Shown here: positions 26,470-40,175 of the stretch, in pieces
Position numbering within the stretch: position 1 is the first letter of the stretch
Layout of the letters: each line of letters opens with the position of its first letter
NCBI RefSeq assembly: GCF_006345805.1
Contig: NC_043006.1
Location: 8,184,001 to 8,248,000 of the forward strand
DNA from: Octopus sinensis
Taxonomy: Eukaryota
Reading direction: 5' to 3'
DNA: 64,000 nt
Notes under the pieces: generated by a model
Told to the model about the DNA's origin: nothing
What the model saw: the letters and a program-made list of their open reading frames with translations, nothing else
Database searches by the model: none
Made by a program: the position numbers and the translations under genes

Positions 26470-28150
26470 GCGTATAATATCATCTTGTTTCTCCCTCTCT
26501 GGTGAATTCTATAAGCATGTCAGTGGTGTTACTAAGGACACCAAGATGGGCCCTAATTATGCCAACCGCTTTGAAGGTTATGGAGAGGAGCAAATCTTTG
26601 CCCAATTCACTGGACCCATCTCAGAGTTGTATAGTCGTTACATCGACGACGCTAGTGGTGTCACAGGCCTTAACAGACAAATCTTTACTCTTTTACTCTT
26701 TTACTTGTTTCAGTCATTTGACTGCGGCCATGCTGGAGCACCGCCTTTAGTCGAGCAAATCGACCCCGGGACTTATTCTTTGTAAGCCCAGTACTTATTC
26801 TATCGGTCTCTTTTTGCCGAACTGCTTAGTGACGGGGACATAAACACACCAGCATCGGTTGTCAAGCAATGCTAGGGGGAAAAACACAGACACACAAACA
26901 CACACACATACTTATATATATACATATATACGACGGGCTTCTTTCAGTTTCCGTCTACCAAATCCACTCACAAGGCATTGGTCGGCCCGGGGCTATAGCA
27001 GAAGTCACTTGCCCAAGATGCCACGCAGTGGGACTGAACCCGGAACCATGTGGTTGGTTAGCAAGCTACTTACCACACAGCCACTCCTGCTCAACAATTC
27101 TATTTCTTTCGTTAACACCTTTCACCCAGCCTTGGAATTCACTCACATTATATCTGATACTTCTGTTTGCTTTCTGGATACCTCCATCAAAATACACAAT
27201 ACCCACCTCTCCACCTCCGTCCACTATAAACTTATTGACTCCCATTCCTATTTCTGCTACTCTTCCTCTCACCCCAAAACTTATTAAAATTGTCATACAT
27301 TTTAATTTCTTCGCCTTCGATGTCTTTCCGGTATTGATTTGGATTTCGAACCCCATTGCAAAACGATGCGACAATCTTTTTCTAAATCAAGGGTATCCAC
27401 CATCAGTTGTCGATCCAACACTCCAGCAAGTCCGAGCCGTCAAACTCCCGTCCATCCTCCCTCTAAAATATAAACTCACCCACAACTTTCTTATTCTTCT
27501 TTCTTACCCAACAACCGTCCCTATCTTTGCCACAACGCCTCTCCTGTCTTTTAAAATAGATAGGAGTCTTATAAATCACCTTGTTAGAAGCTTTACAGCT
27601 CCCTGTTCCGCACAACCAGGAACCATTAAGGGTTCTCGTCGACATGAACAATATTACCACCAATCCGGGGCTTAAGAAGTATTATCACCTAACACAGAAC
27701 TTCTGTTCCACTTTGGCAGATCTTATATATTGTATTATATGTAGACTCTGCGAAGCTGTTTGTATTAGAGAAAAAGGCTGATGCCTTGGGGATCCTTTCG
27801 CGAACATATCAGAAGCGTGATATTCCGATGTCAGGCCAACATGTCGCCACTAGCTTCAACACTGCGAACCATTCTATTGCAGATTCATCGGTGTGTAGCA
27901 TGGCCATGCACCACAGATCTCCCTTCTCCAGGAAACGAAAGAAGCAATGTTACATATTTCGTCTTAGCCCTATATCTCTGACAGGTATGAATGAACGTTT
28001 TTTCCTTTCATCCTTTCACCTTCTCCTAATTCTTTTTTACTCTTTTTAATCCGCCTTCCACCCTCTCTCTTAAACATTTCCTTATTTATTTACATCTACT
28101 CTCTCCATCACTCTTTTCCTCCTCCTTTCTGCACACCGTCTCGTATAACT
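26470..28150 (+). mobile_element. Decayed Penelope-like element (RT plus GIY-YIG endonuclease), interrupted by a SINE
   Basis: FSLSGEFYKHVSGVTKDTKMGPNYANRF...LYSRYIDD (YIDD at 26639-26650); FVNTFHPALEFT...FLDTSI...STSVHYKLIDSHSYFCYSSSHP; NFCSTLADLIYCIICRLC...FREHIR...TANHS...MNERF. Frameshifts and stops; pyrimidine-rich 3' region. Confidence 0.9.
26685..27090 (-). mobile_element. SINE family A, full length, nested in the Penelope RT
   Basis: Complete reverse-complement copy; RT homology resumes at 27090. Confidence 0.92.
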
Positions 28151-28199
28151 TCCGTTTCACGTTAGCAGCCCGTGTTATTATGCGTCCTTTATTAGTTCA

Positions 28200-28345
28200 C
28201 TGTAAGGCGGCGAGCTGGCAGAAATTTCAGAACGCCAGTTGAAATGCTTAGCAGAATTTCGTCTGCTTTTACGTTCTGAGTTCAAATTCCGTCGAGGTCG
28301 ATTTTGCCTTTCATCCTTCAGCGTCGATAAATTGTGTTGCAGTTG
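28200..28345 (+). mobile_element. SINE family C, 5' part
   Basis: TAAGGCGGCGAGCTGGCAGAA...TTCTGAGTTCAAATTCCG.CGAGGTCGA.TTTGCCTTTCATCC. Confidence 0.8.
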
Positions 28346-28637
28346 TGTGAAGTAGCCTGAAGATCGCACATTGCTTTGAAACTCACGGCATATCATAAAA
28401 ACCAATCTAATCACGTGTCTTCATGGCAAGAATCTATTCGTATCCCATGTCTTAATACAGTCAGTATAAAATTATATATTTACATATATGCATTCATTCA
28501 TACATACATACATATACACAGCCAATATTATCGGATTACTGGCCTGTAGTTTTTGGTATCTTGCATATGTATGCCAGGGGATCGGAAGTAGCTTAAATGT
28601 GTGTCTGCATGTTCCTATGTTTATTGTTTTTTTTCTA

Positions 28638-28841
28638 CTCTAGGCACAAAGACCGAAATTTTGGGGACGGGGTCCATTCGATTAGATCAACCCCAGTACG
28701 CAACTGGTACTTAATTTATCGACTCCGAAAGGATGAAAGGTAAAGTCGACCTCAGCGGAATTTGAACTCAGAACGTAACGGCAGACGAAATACCGCTAAG
28801 CATTTCGCCCGGTGTGCTAACGTTTCTGCCAGCTCGCCGCC
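28638..28841 (-). mobile_element. SINE family C
   Basis: Reverse-complement homologue of 40176-40392. Confidence 0.85.
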
Positions 28842-29652
28842 AATATACATAAAAGCTCGCCGCTTCTATGTATATTGATATTAGAGAAATACCGTTAATT
28901 GAGATAACGTATATCACAAATGACGTTGCGGTTTTATCATGGAGACATATGTTAAGATTTAGATCATGGCAAGCTAATAAGATATTAATGAACCAGATTG
29001 AATTTACTTCTATTTCTTCCTCAGTAAATACATTTCTGTCACGACTAAGACATACATATATGCTGGATGCGAGGCAGGTTTTACTATAACTGCACTAAAA
29101 ACGACTGAAGTACGAATTACGATAGGTTTGCCTGAAATAGCTGACCTGTGGTTAAATGACTTATAAATGAAATAGCTATGATCACTGGGCTACAGGAAAA
29201 TGTCTGACCTGGGGCTAAACGATATACCTAATAGCAACAATAACAATCACGCCAGACGCAAAAGCCCGGATTTCGGTGTCAAAACTGTAGACCGTAAGTA
29301 AACAAACGCAGTCACTTCTTTTCACATGACACAGTAACTTGTTTGGTACTTTATTAATCGATAACGTGAATGAAGTTATTTATTATTGATATTTGAAAGC
29401 ATTAAAATCACAAGAGAATAATATTTTGTTAAACAGTCTGGTTCTATGAAAAAGAAATCGACTGGTCTAATATTTACACACTGATACACAAACAGTATTC
29501 GTACACGCATGTAAATATATATATTATATATATAAACATACATACATACATACACATACACACACCACATATATATATATATGCATACATATATATATTA
29601 TATATATATAATATATACATAGATATATATACATATATATATAATATATATA

Positions 29653-29711
<59 letters not shown>

Positions 29712-29717
<6 letters not shown>

Positions 29718-29870
29718 TAATCCAAACAAGAAAACAAAAAACCCCCAACAACGCGAGGACGTGGAACAAATAAAGTATTATTGGACGCTCAGGAAAGAAG
29801 GGAAGGAGGGTTTAACGTTTCGAGCGGAGCTCTTCGTCGGAAACAAAGGAGAAGGAAAGATCCCGAGAAG

Positions 29871-29875
<5 letters not shown>
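29712..29875 (-). mobile_element. Short pLTR-like element with a minimal hammerhead; a matching 3' fragment lies at about 46420-46455 (+)
   Basis: Flanked by (TA)n. Its end TGTTTTCTTGTTTGGATTAACTTTATATAT recurs at about 46426. Confidence 0.65.
29810..29844 (-). ncRNA. Minimal hammerhead motif, U4C variant
   Basis: Minus strand reads GTTT CCGACGA A GAGC-TCC-GCTC GAAA CG TT AAAC. Confidence 0.5.
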
Positions 29876-29907
<32 letters not shown>

Positions 29908-29961
29908 ATCTATATATATGCATATATATATATACATATATATATACATACATATATATTT

Positions 29962-30025
<64 letters not shown>

Positions 30026-30241
30026 CGACATGAAACAGTGTTGATATAAAAAAGGCAACCTTTACATCAAACTTAACGTGGGTATTGTGATAGAACACCG
30101 AATAAATGCGTTTTTTACCTTGAAAGGATCACCCATATGGATTCATGGCGCATAAATTCACTGATATTTTATTGTTGCCAGAACACGTTATTTAGCCATG
30201 CTCGAGACCATCAGGAGTAGAAGTTAGAATCTGGCTCTCAA

Positions 30242-30288
<47 letters not shown>

Positions 30289-30358
30289 ATATGTGTGTGT
30301 GTGTGTGTGTGTGTATGTGTGTGTGTGTGTGTGTGGTGTGTGTGTGTGTGTGTGTGTT

Positions 30359-30661
30359 GAGGCGCAATGGCCCAGTGGTTAGGGCAGCGGACGCGCGGTT
30401 GTAGGATCGGAGTATCGATTCCCAGACCGGGCGTTTCGAGTGTTTAGTGAGAGAAAACACCTAAAGCTCAACGAGGCTCCGGCAGGGGGGGGGGGATCGA
30501 TCCCTGTTGTACTCTTTCGCCACAACTTTCCCTCACTATATCTTCTGTTGGCCTGCTCGCTTTGCCAGCGGGGAGGCGTCATTTGAAAGCTAAAACAATG
30601 CGAAGCGCATTGTGACCAGTGATGTGTAGCAACATCTGATAGCCTGGTCTTTCACGGTGAT
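30359..30661 (+). mobile_element. tRNA-derived SINE family B
   Basis: Homologous to 5038-5323 along its length. Confidence 0.8.
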
Positions 30662-30685
30662 ATAAATATATATATATATATATAT

Positions 30686-30998
30686 GGGTGACCCCTTTCG
30701 GTCGTGAATGACCATGGGATTGCACGTAGAAAGTTACCCTCCGAGTCCTAAGACCAGAGCAAGGTTGTTTATGGAAGAGCAGCAGTCACCCATGCCTACC
30801 AGCCTCCCCTCTCCACGCCAACAATGTTATCAAAAGCCGACACAGCAAGGCCCCAGCGACGACGCCACTTATCTCTACAGCTGAGGGAATTGCAGCAACG
30901 TGACATAAAATGACTTGCTCAAGAGCACAACAAGCAGGAATCGGACTCACAACCTTACGATCATAGGCTCGACGCTCTAGCCACTGAGCGATGCGACT
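30686..30998 (-). mobile_element. tRNA-derived CORE-like SINE family D
   Basis: Minus head GTCGCATCGCTCAGTGGCTAGAGCGTCGAGCC...GTGAGTCCGATTCC, then CTTGAGCAAGTCATTT. Confidence 0.7.
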
Positions 30999-31049
<51 letters not shown>

Positions 31050-32242
31050 TGTATGTGTGTATGTATGTATATATGTATATGTATGTATGTTTGTATATAT
31101 ATATAAATATGTGAACATAATCAAAAAGGGTAATAACAGGTTATTTTTACCAGTGGTCTAGCACAAAAGACGAATTAGCCATTAGACAAAATATTATTCA
31201 TATAGAAAAAATATAATTCATATAGAAATATAATAAAAGGCTCCCAAATAAGGAAGCTTAGTGCTAGAGACACAAAAGGAATAAATTCGTGGAGAGAATG
31301 AAAATCAAAAACTATTACCATTAACGATATATCCCGGACTGATCAGTTTCTGCCTCTTTCTAGCAAAACAGACAGAATATGTTTGCCTTATATATAATAG
31401 ATAGATAGAGAGAGAGAAAGAGAGAGAGATGGAAAGAAACACAGATGCAAACAACTGCATGCGCACACATACATGCACATACACATAAATATAGGTATGT
31501 ATATATATATATATATATATAATATATATATATATAAATATTTATATATATATGTATGTATGTATGTTTGCATGTATGTATATGTACACACACAAATATT
31601 TTTGTATATATAAATATGCATGCGCATGTGTTTGTGTGTATGTGCGTGTCTGAGAATATATGTCTGCGTGTGAGTTTGTGTGTGCGTATGTGTTGATAAT
31701 ATACATATATATATATGTGTGTGTGCTTGTGTGTGTGTGTGTGTGTGGTAAACTGCATCTCTTTAAGGAAATATATTTCACACACGACTAATGACCACAC
31801 TTTTTCGGTGCTGTAAAGTAACCATGTAAAAGATGTAGCTGTCAGCAGTCGTCAGGTGACAAAGATACTAACCATTATATATGTGTGTCACAATATCTGA
31901 CCAATGCATAAATCATGAGGAGAAACTAAAAGTTAGTAGAGCATCAATGTTAATGCATACGAAATACCATTTTCACGTAGTCTTACTTTGAAATCGACAT
32001 AGCTAAAGACATCTCATCTACAGCGATTCTTTCTGACTAAATCACATGAAAATAATTTTTCATTATTTGGCATTAACACTGGGAAAACATAGAAAGTACA
32101 ATGAAGAGTACAAGTTATTTGTGTAGGGTTGATAAACATGAACGAAGTTTATAGAATGAGTTTCAATGAATTGGAGCACTTGTATACAGCGCTGCAAATT
32201 GAGAGGGAATCTCTATGTAGTCAATGTTAGAAATAGCAATAA

Positions 32243-32731
32243 ACATGATACATAGTTGCATAACACAAACACACATATATGCACACACAAGGAGCCAGAG
32301 GTGCATACATATACAAACACGTGCTCACACCCACATACATAGAAGATACACAAACACGGACAGGCAAGCACATAAATATGCAGGATACGTACATACAGAG
32401 GCACACAGATACATAGATATATACATATGCACACACACACACACAAATATATAGATATACATGCACATGCAAACGCACACACACACATACATACACACAT
32501 GCATGCATGTATAGGCAAACGCACACACTGACCCACACACATGCGCAAAAACAAACAAAAGGGAACGCAGTGTAAATAACGGACAGAGTCAAAACTATTG
32601 AAAAGGTTGCAAGGCTCAAAGAAAATTTTAGGAAAATAAAAATAAGAAAAAACAAGTGGAAATTTTACCGGTGAGTGTGTTAAATGATAAGGCACAAAAA
32701 GAAAATGACTCTCCCCAGACACAACAGAATA
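32243..32731. repeat. Unclassified dispersed repeat, copy 1 (copy 2 at about 52990-53491)
   Basis: 32549-32731 is identical to 53309-53491 (183 bp); the adjacent microsatellite-like part is diverged. Confidence 0.85.
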
Positions 32732-33430
32732 TGCTTCAACACACGAACTCATGTAAAGAATCTTGCAAACCAAATCCAAAAACGAAATATCTATCAAGTT
32801 ACTGACCTACCTACCTAGAATTTTGTCAAGCATATGCGAAAAACCCTTTCATTCCTTAAGGGTTTTACAGGATTCAAAATATCTAATACGGATGAATTGT
32901 TTGATTTGGATGATTTGATAGTGCAGGCATTCGTAAATCTTGTCAAGAAGTGCCTGGCATTATTAAATAGGCATTTCCTAGCAAACCTCAAATACTGGAA
33001 TTTTTTTTATAGACGATCGATGATCAGTTCGTGCAACTGCTGCTACGATATGAAGGACATTATCACTCGTAACTCACATTAAAAGTCCACTCACAGTAGG
33101 AATTGTCATTGCCAAGACATAGAAGCTTGCACGCCTGACCCGGTGTGTTTGAGAAATACAATTGTTTATGAAGACGAAGTTCCAGTAGTGCTCCAAGGCA
33201 TTATAATTAAGAATATTAATTATGTAAGTCAAAATCACCTTAGGGATACGAGAACCAATAAAATTCCAGTTCAAATATGATACGCGAACATTTAATTCTA
33301 TGAAAACGTATCTTTATATCTTTTAGATTTTTTTAATATATATAAATACATAATAACACAGAATAAATTTATTTCCAACGTATGTTACATTTAAACTTTT
33401 CTTTTAATTACACAATTTTCTTTTTTTCTT

Positions 33431-33629
33431 TAATTTGTTTAAGTCATTCGACTGCTGCGGCCATGCTGGAACACCGCCTTTAGTCGAACAATTCGACCCC
33501 AGGACTTATTCTTTGTAAACTTAGTACTGATTCTATCTGTCTCTTTTACCGAACTGCTCAGTTACGGGGACGTAAACACACCAGCATCGATTCTCAAACG
33601 ATGGTGGGAGACTAACACACACACACACT

Positions 33630-33723
<94 letters not shown>

Positions 33724-33769
33724 CGACGGTCTTCATTTATTTTCTATCTACAAGATCCACTCATAAGCC
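33431..33769 (-). mobile_element. SINE family A, headless
   Basis: Reverse-complement homology from the tail to CCACTCA.AAG. Confidence 0.8.
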
Positions 33770-33899
33770 GTTTTCCAAACCACCAGTCTTCTTTCCGACA
33801 CATTCACAAAAATAAGGCGACTAAGTTGGCTAGCCAGGGATGGGATGTAACGAGCGAATACACACCACATTCAACTAAGTGGATTATTGTGGATAATTC

Positions 33900-34010
33900 T
33901 GCGCCGTTTATATATGGATCAAAGTGATGCAAGTTATGAGTAGGTGAAAGAGTGCACGTTCGTTTTAGGTTCAAGAATTCCACCACACTACATAATTGCA
34001 GATACGGACT
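33900..34010 (+). mobile_element. Possible highly decayed GIY-YIG (Penelope) remnant
   Basis: With two single-base indels it reads DASYVGESARSF*VQE, resembling the YIGETxRxL..R..EH motif. Weak. Confidence 0.3.
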
Positions 34011-34759
34011 TTAAGTAAATGCAAACACATGCAAAGGTTTCACTTGGCGAAGTTGAGGACAACATCTGCGCCGATTTGAGCGTCTATCTTACAGATTTTT
34101 TGTTCTTTTCTTTTATATTATTCTACATTAGCTATACTAATTATGGTCTCTACAGTGAAAGTGAACAAAGGTCTACTTCTTTCACTTTTCAGTCTTGTAG
34201 ATCCATTTTTTCATAAACGGTCCTCTTTTCTTTTTCCTCCCAGGATTTTTCTTTTTTGTTTTTTCATGTTTTCCTCATATTCCAACGTCCTACTTTTTAG
34301 TTATATCCACCGTATTAAATTACCCTAAAAGATAGCTGGGAGATACATGGTACGTAATATAAACCTGCCATTTTTATGTAACTTAAACGCTTGAAACTAA
34401 TAGTAGCCCTTCTAAATTATGTATATTAAATTATATTTATTTCTCATTGGATGGATTACTATAATCATCGATTCTGCCTCTATCGATTTTAATGCAACTG
34501 AGGTTAGGTATTTTACAGGTGATGATTATAATTATACATGGACCCAATTCCAAGCAATGTTTAATACCATTATCTGTTAAAAGATTTTATATGAAATATA
34601 ATATCAAGCCATTAAGACTGAAATGTCCAATTTTCTCACGCACCAAGTTTGACAGTCGTTAACTCTAATGCTTTATCCTGACAATTATTTGTTTTACAAC
34701 ATTGAAGAGTTACAACATCACTTTTCGAAATGCAATTCATGGTGTCTGATTATAATTGT

Positions 34760-35720
34760 GCGTTTTCTCTTGTAAATTAATTTTTGTGAATCCATGGATG
34801 GATCAAAAACTCGTTTTGTTTGTGAATATGAGTTCCGTCGTAGAAGCAATGCATCCGAGACAGGTGTTTGGTGAAGATGTGGCGAATGAACGCACTGTAC
34901 GTCTGGTGACTTTACTCTTGAAAATCAGTTCCGTGGTAGACCTGAGACCAAGGTGGATAATGATGTGCTGTAAACTGTAGGGGAAGCGGATACAATTCAA
35001 GTTACGCGTGAGTTAGTAGCAAGGTTTCGTGTTTCGATTCTAACTGTATTGGTCCATCTGAAACAAATTGTCAAGGTAAAGAAGCTGGAAAAATGGGTCC
35101 TACACGAACTGAATGAGCATCAAATGACACCTCGTCCTGAAATTTGCTGTTCTTTGCTGTCACGGCATAAAAGCGAAACATTTTGCATTGTATTGTTATG
35201 TGTGATGAAAAATGAATTCTTTCCAACAATAGCAAACGTTCTGAACGGTGGTTGGATAGAGAAGAATTGTAAATCGCAATCCAAACAAGAATATTCACCA
35301 AAAACATTAATGGTGTTTGTTTGGTGGTGTCATCCACTACAGCTTCATCAGACCTGAGAAGTCGATTAAAACGGATTTATACATCAACCAATGGAATGAA
35401 ATGATGAGTGAACTTGCAATGAAGCAATCGAGATTGGTCAAGAGAGAGAGGCCAATTCTTTTGCAAGAAAATGCTCGACCACATTTTGCAACTCAGTATA
35501 TAAGAACTGAACTTGCACCAGTTATCACGTTTCCTCGGCATTAGACAACTGAGGAGGATGCAGAAACAGCCTTTCATGATTTCATGCTCTCCAGAATTCT
35601 TCGCTGCCAGCATAAATAAGCTACAGAGAAAATGGCAAAAACCTGGTAATAATTTAGGTGCATACTTTGATTAACTGCATTGGTTTTTGTTGAGATAAAG
35701 TAAAATAAACTTTCAGTTCA
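34760..35720 (+). mobile_element. Decayed mariner transposon
   Basis: VFGEDVANERTV (HTH); KKLEKWVLHELNE (WVPHEL); CDEK; KTLMVFVWW; RPILLQENARPH; KLQRKWQK; TIR-like AAAATCGGA near 35720. Confidence 0.85.
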
Positions 35721-36169
35721 AAATCGGATTTTTAAAGGGCCAGGATTTGACATTTGTTTGAATATATGGATTTCATGTTGATGCTTTTCAAACCTAAACT
35801 AAATTTTAAACTGCCATCGTCGTGAATACTTGAGCGAAATCAAGATTATGTGTGATTTTTATTTTGAAATACAATGTTTTTAAATAACTGCATATTGGTT
35901 GAAGTATTAGTTTTAAGGCTCCACTAGTATGACGAAACTAAATTGAATGTAAAAGCAAGAGGAGTATACAGAGGGGCTACGATTTACTACAAAATTGCAA
36001 GAAGGGCATTAGTATACTAAATTGTATGCATACATACATGCATATCCCTATACGTACTCACGCGCATGCGCATTTTGTGTTTGCTTGTTTGTATGTGTGT
36101 GTATGATTGCCTGTGTGTTTATGAGCGTGTGTACGTGTGCGTGTGTGTATTAATCCCTTTTAATATAAG

Positions 36170-36352
36170 TACAAGTTTCCAGGGGGAGGCTACTGGAGTA
36201 CACCTAACTCATTGCTCAACTGGTACTTTTAGCGTTGTCACCGAAACAACGAAATTCAAGTCGACCTCAACGGAATTTGGACTCAGAACTTAAAGTCGGA
36301 CTAAATGACGTGAAGCATTTTGTTCAGCACGGGAATGATCGATCCGGCTCAT
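36170..36352 (-). mobile_element. SINE family C, diverged
   Basis: CAACTGGTACTT...AAGTCGACCTCAACGGAATTTG.ACTCAGAAC motif. Confidence 0.65.
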
Positions 36353-36363
36353 CACTTTTGTAA

Positions 36364-36755
36364 GCAGGAGTGGCCGTGTGGTGAGTAGCTTGCTTACCAA
36401 CCACATGGTTCCGGGTTCAGTCCCCCTGCGTGGCATCTTGGGCAAGTGTCTTCTACTATAGCCTCGGGCTGACCAATGCCTTGTGAGTGGATTTGGTAGA
36501 CGGAAACTGAAAGAAGCCCGTCGTATATATGTATATATATGTATGTGTATGTGTGTGTATATGTTTTGTGTGTCTTTGTTTGTCCCCCGATGGTGGTGTG
36601 TTTACGTCCCCGTAACTTAGCGGTTCGGCAAAAGAGACCGATAGAATAAGTGCTAGACTTACAAAGAATAAGTCCTGGGGTCGATTTGCTCGACTAAAGG
36701 CGGTTCTCCAGCATGGCCACAGCCAAATGACTGAATCAAGTAAAAGAGAGAGAGA
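36364..36755 (+). mobile_element. SINE family A, near full length
   Basis: Head, CORE-like block and tail all present. Confidence 0.9.
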
Positions 36756-37789
36756 ATAACAGAAGCCAGTTATTGACATTTTGAATGTAGTTCACTTTTA
36801 GTCACTGAAGAGAGTGAATATATGCGTAACAATTTCTCAGATAACCACTAGATATGGACGTATTAAATACATTTAAATATCAGTAAGTTGTTTCTGTTGA
36901 TATTTGAATTTTGTACTACATCTGTTTAGGAAAATTTCGTTTTTTTTCCGCTCGGATTATAAGTTAATAGTGCGACATATTTCTAGGTGTAGAATATTCA
37001 TCTACACTCTCAGTCTGAAATAGCTACCAAATGTTCCATAGTAGTAGCGCCGAGAATGTTGCAACAAGGTTTTTTCGCGAAAGTTTAAATCACAAAATCT
37101 ATATAGATGAATAGATTCAATGACTAGTTTTAACTAGCGCTAGATTTAACATATATCCATAATTCTATACCGCATCAATATTAGAAGTAGTTTCAAACAG
37201 CGATTACATAAAATTTACGAGTGTAGACAACTTTAGATGTTTTTGTTTTTTTACTACATCAATTTATAACGACATAATCATTCTTTCGTTTTAATGTAAA
37301 TATGGAGGAATGTAAATACGTAAAAAATCAGTAGAAAAAGAATGCTACACATGATTTAAAGTGACACTATGGCTTAACGACATATTATAGAGGCAATTCC
37401 TAGAACATGAATTAAATACACACACACGCACACACACATGTGTATGAGTGTATATACAAGCATAAATATACATAAGTGTGTATGTGAATCTGTAAATGAC
37501 GTTCATTTCATTTTTTAATGTTAATATTAAGATAATATACCATCCACATTTTTAACATCAAAATCCTTTTTTCATAGGTCGGGAAAATTGGAGAGTAATC
37601 GTGAAAGAACCAAGTGGGAAAGACAAATAATCTCATACATCCATTCACAAATCCACAAATTTAATGATAGACGCACATATGCAGAAACACACACAAGCAC
37701 ACACAACCGCACGCACACACACATATACACCACAAACATACGTAACATATCTCTTCTCCCTTTTCTCCAAACACACACACGTAAGCCCA

Positions 37790-37828
37790 CACACATATAT
37801 ATATGTGTAACTGTATGTATGTGTATGT

Positions 37829-37860
<32 letters not shown>

Positions 37861-37897
37861 ATATATATATGTATATATATATATGTAATATATATGT

Positions 37898-37938
<41 letters not shown>

Positions 37939-37972
37939 TGTATATATATGTATATATATATATATATATATA

Positions 37973-38003
<31 letters not shown>

Positions 38004-38140
38004 CATATATATATATGTGTATATATATACACACACACATATATATATATATATATGTGTGTGTGTATATATATACATATATATATATATACACATACAT
38101 ATATATGCATATATATATACAGAGAGAGAGAGAGAGAAAA
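37790..38140. repeat. (TA)n/(TG)n/(AG)n compound tract
   Basis: Directly visible. Confidence 0.95.
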
Positions 38141-38651
38141 AAAAATAGATAGATATTAATATGTAAGTAGATAGATATACCCATATGCATATAGATCTCT
38201 CATTCTCAAATCATATAGTACAATATCAAATGAAATACGAGGCACAGGACATATAACAACATTTATCTGTTTGCCAATTGAAATGGCGATGCAATATAAA
38301 AAAGTAGTTGAAATTATTAGGTTTATAAATTTTGCTTTATGTCTCTAAGTCATTCACAGATATTTCTTTTAAAGCTTCTGTGCCATATAATTAGTGTGTT
38401 TTCTGATTTTCTATATTATATTTTCTAATAGGAATCATAAATTTTTAAACAAGTCTTTATGTTGTATTTCAGCATTCTCAAGATGTTATTTATAAAGAAA
38501 TATGAGAAGTATGGAATTGATCGCTATAGTTTTATGTCACAGGCAAATTTGGTTAAAGTGCAAGAATCACATCTCTCTAATTTTGATCTGAATATACGAT
38601 GATTACGGGAAGAGCAATAAAACACGACTTTCAATTTGGTTCAGTAAATTC

Positions 38652-38652
<1 letters not shown>

Positions 38653-38702
<50 letters not shown>

Positions 38703-38703
38703 C

Positions 38704-38765
<62 letters not shown>

Positions 38766-38785
38766 CATTATTATTATTATTATTA

Positions 38786-38842
<57 letters not shown>

Positions 38843-38904
38843 CATTATTATTATTAGTATTATTATTATTATCATTATTATTATTATTATTATTATCATT
38901 ATTA

Positions 38905-38994
<90 letters not shown>

Positions 38995-39090
38995 CATTGC
39001 CTTTGTACAGTTTCTAACGCTGGAGATGTATTACAGTGTCAGCTATTCACTACCACTGAACTAATGTAATACCTCTTATTTTTCGAGCAC

Positions 39091-39163
<73 letters not shown>

Positions 39164-39193
39164 GTTATTGTTATTATTATTATTATTATTATT
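38653..39193. repeat. Long (ATT)n arrays (38653-38995 and 39093-39193)
   Basis: Directly visible. Confidence 0.95.
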
Positions 39194-40082
39194 CTATGTT
39201 TGACTTTTGCTTTATGTCTGTACAAGTTGGCTCCAAGTCTCACCCAGAGACCTCAAGAGACAACAGGTTGGAAGTTCTGTGCCATATATTTCGGGGTTTT
39301 TTTTCTTTTTCTTTTGGTGTTGTACTAGTGAATGTCTAATACATAAAAATAAAATTTTAAAAATTAAATAAATAAATAAAAATAAAATAAAATAAAAAAA
39401 TAAATAAATAAAAAAAGTTTGTTTTAAACCTTGGGATTACATAGAGAGTATTTTGCGTAGGATATGAGCAGTTCTTTTGAATTTCTGCCATTTTGGGGTT
39501 TCCTGGTATCTGAGTTAGGTAACAATTAGTCCCTTTCGCTATCATTCCCAGGGCACCTATGACAACAGGTATTGTTTTAGTCTTCAGCTTCCACATTTTG
39601 CTGATTTCTATTTCAAGATCTTTATATTTGCTCAGTTTTTGGTAGGTCTTGACAGATACGTTTATATCGATTGGGACAGTCATATCAATGAGGAGGCATG
39701 TTCTTTGTCTGAAGTCTTTCAATATGATGTCTGGCCTATTTGCATCTATCTTCCTGTCAGTTAGAATGGTGAAGTTCCAGAGGAGTGAGATGTGGTCATT
39801 TTCAAGCACTGGAGGTGGATTGTGTTCCCACCAGTTTTTTTCATGGGGCAAATCCAGGTTTTTGCAAATTACCCAGTGAATATATTGTGCAGCTCTATCA
39901 TGCCTGTTGAGGTACTCTGTAGGCGCTAGAAGACTGCATTTGGAGACAACATGATCAATGGTTTCATTTTGTTGTCGGCATACACGACATGTTGGGCTAC
40001 TGCCGTTCTTTAATATGTTGGCCTGGTAGTTTCTTGTTGGTAGGCATTGATCTTGAGCTGCTATGATAAACCCCTCTGTTTC
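39194..40082 (-). mobile_element. 5'-truncated R4/Dong-clade LINE (zinc knuckle, restriction-like endonuclease, 3' UTR)
   Basis: ETEGFIIAAQDQ; CRVCRQQNETIDHVVSKC (CCHC); RHD; RPDIILKD...LLIDMTVP...KLSKYKDL; PVVIGALG. A frameshift precedes TAHILRKILSM*. Flanked by (ATT)n on both sides. Confidence 0.92.
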
Positions 40083-40109
40083 ATTATTATTATTATTATT
40101 ATTATTATC

Positions 40110-40164
<55 letters not shown>

Positions 40165-40175
40165 CTGTTGTAGTT

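Noticed and set aside
32834-33274. ORFs of 66-82 aa in unique-looking sequence
   Set aside because: No domain or splice support; length is within chance expectation.
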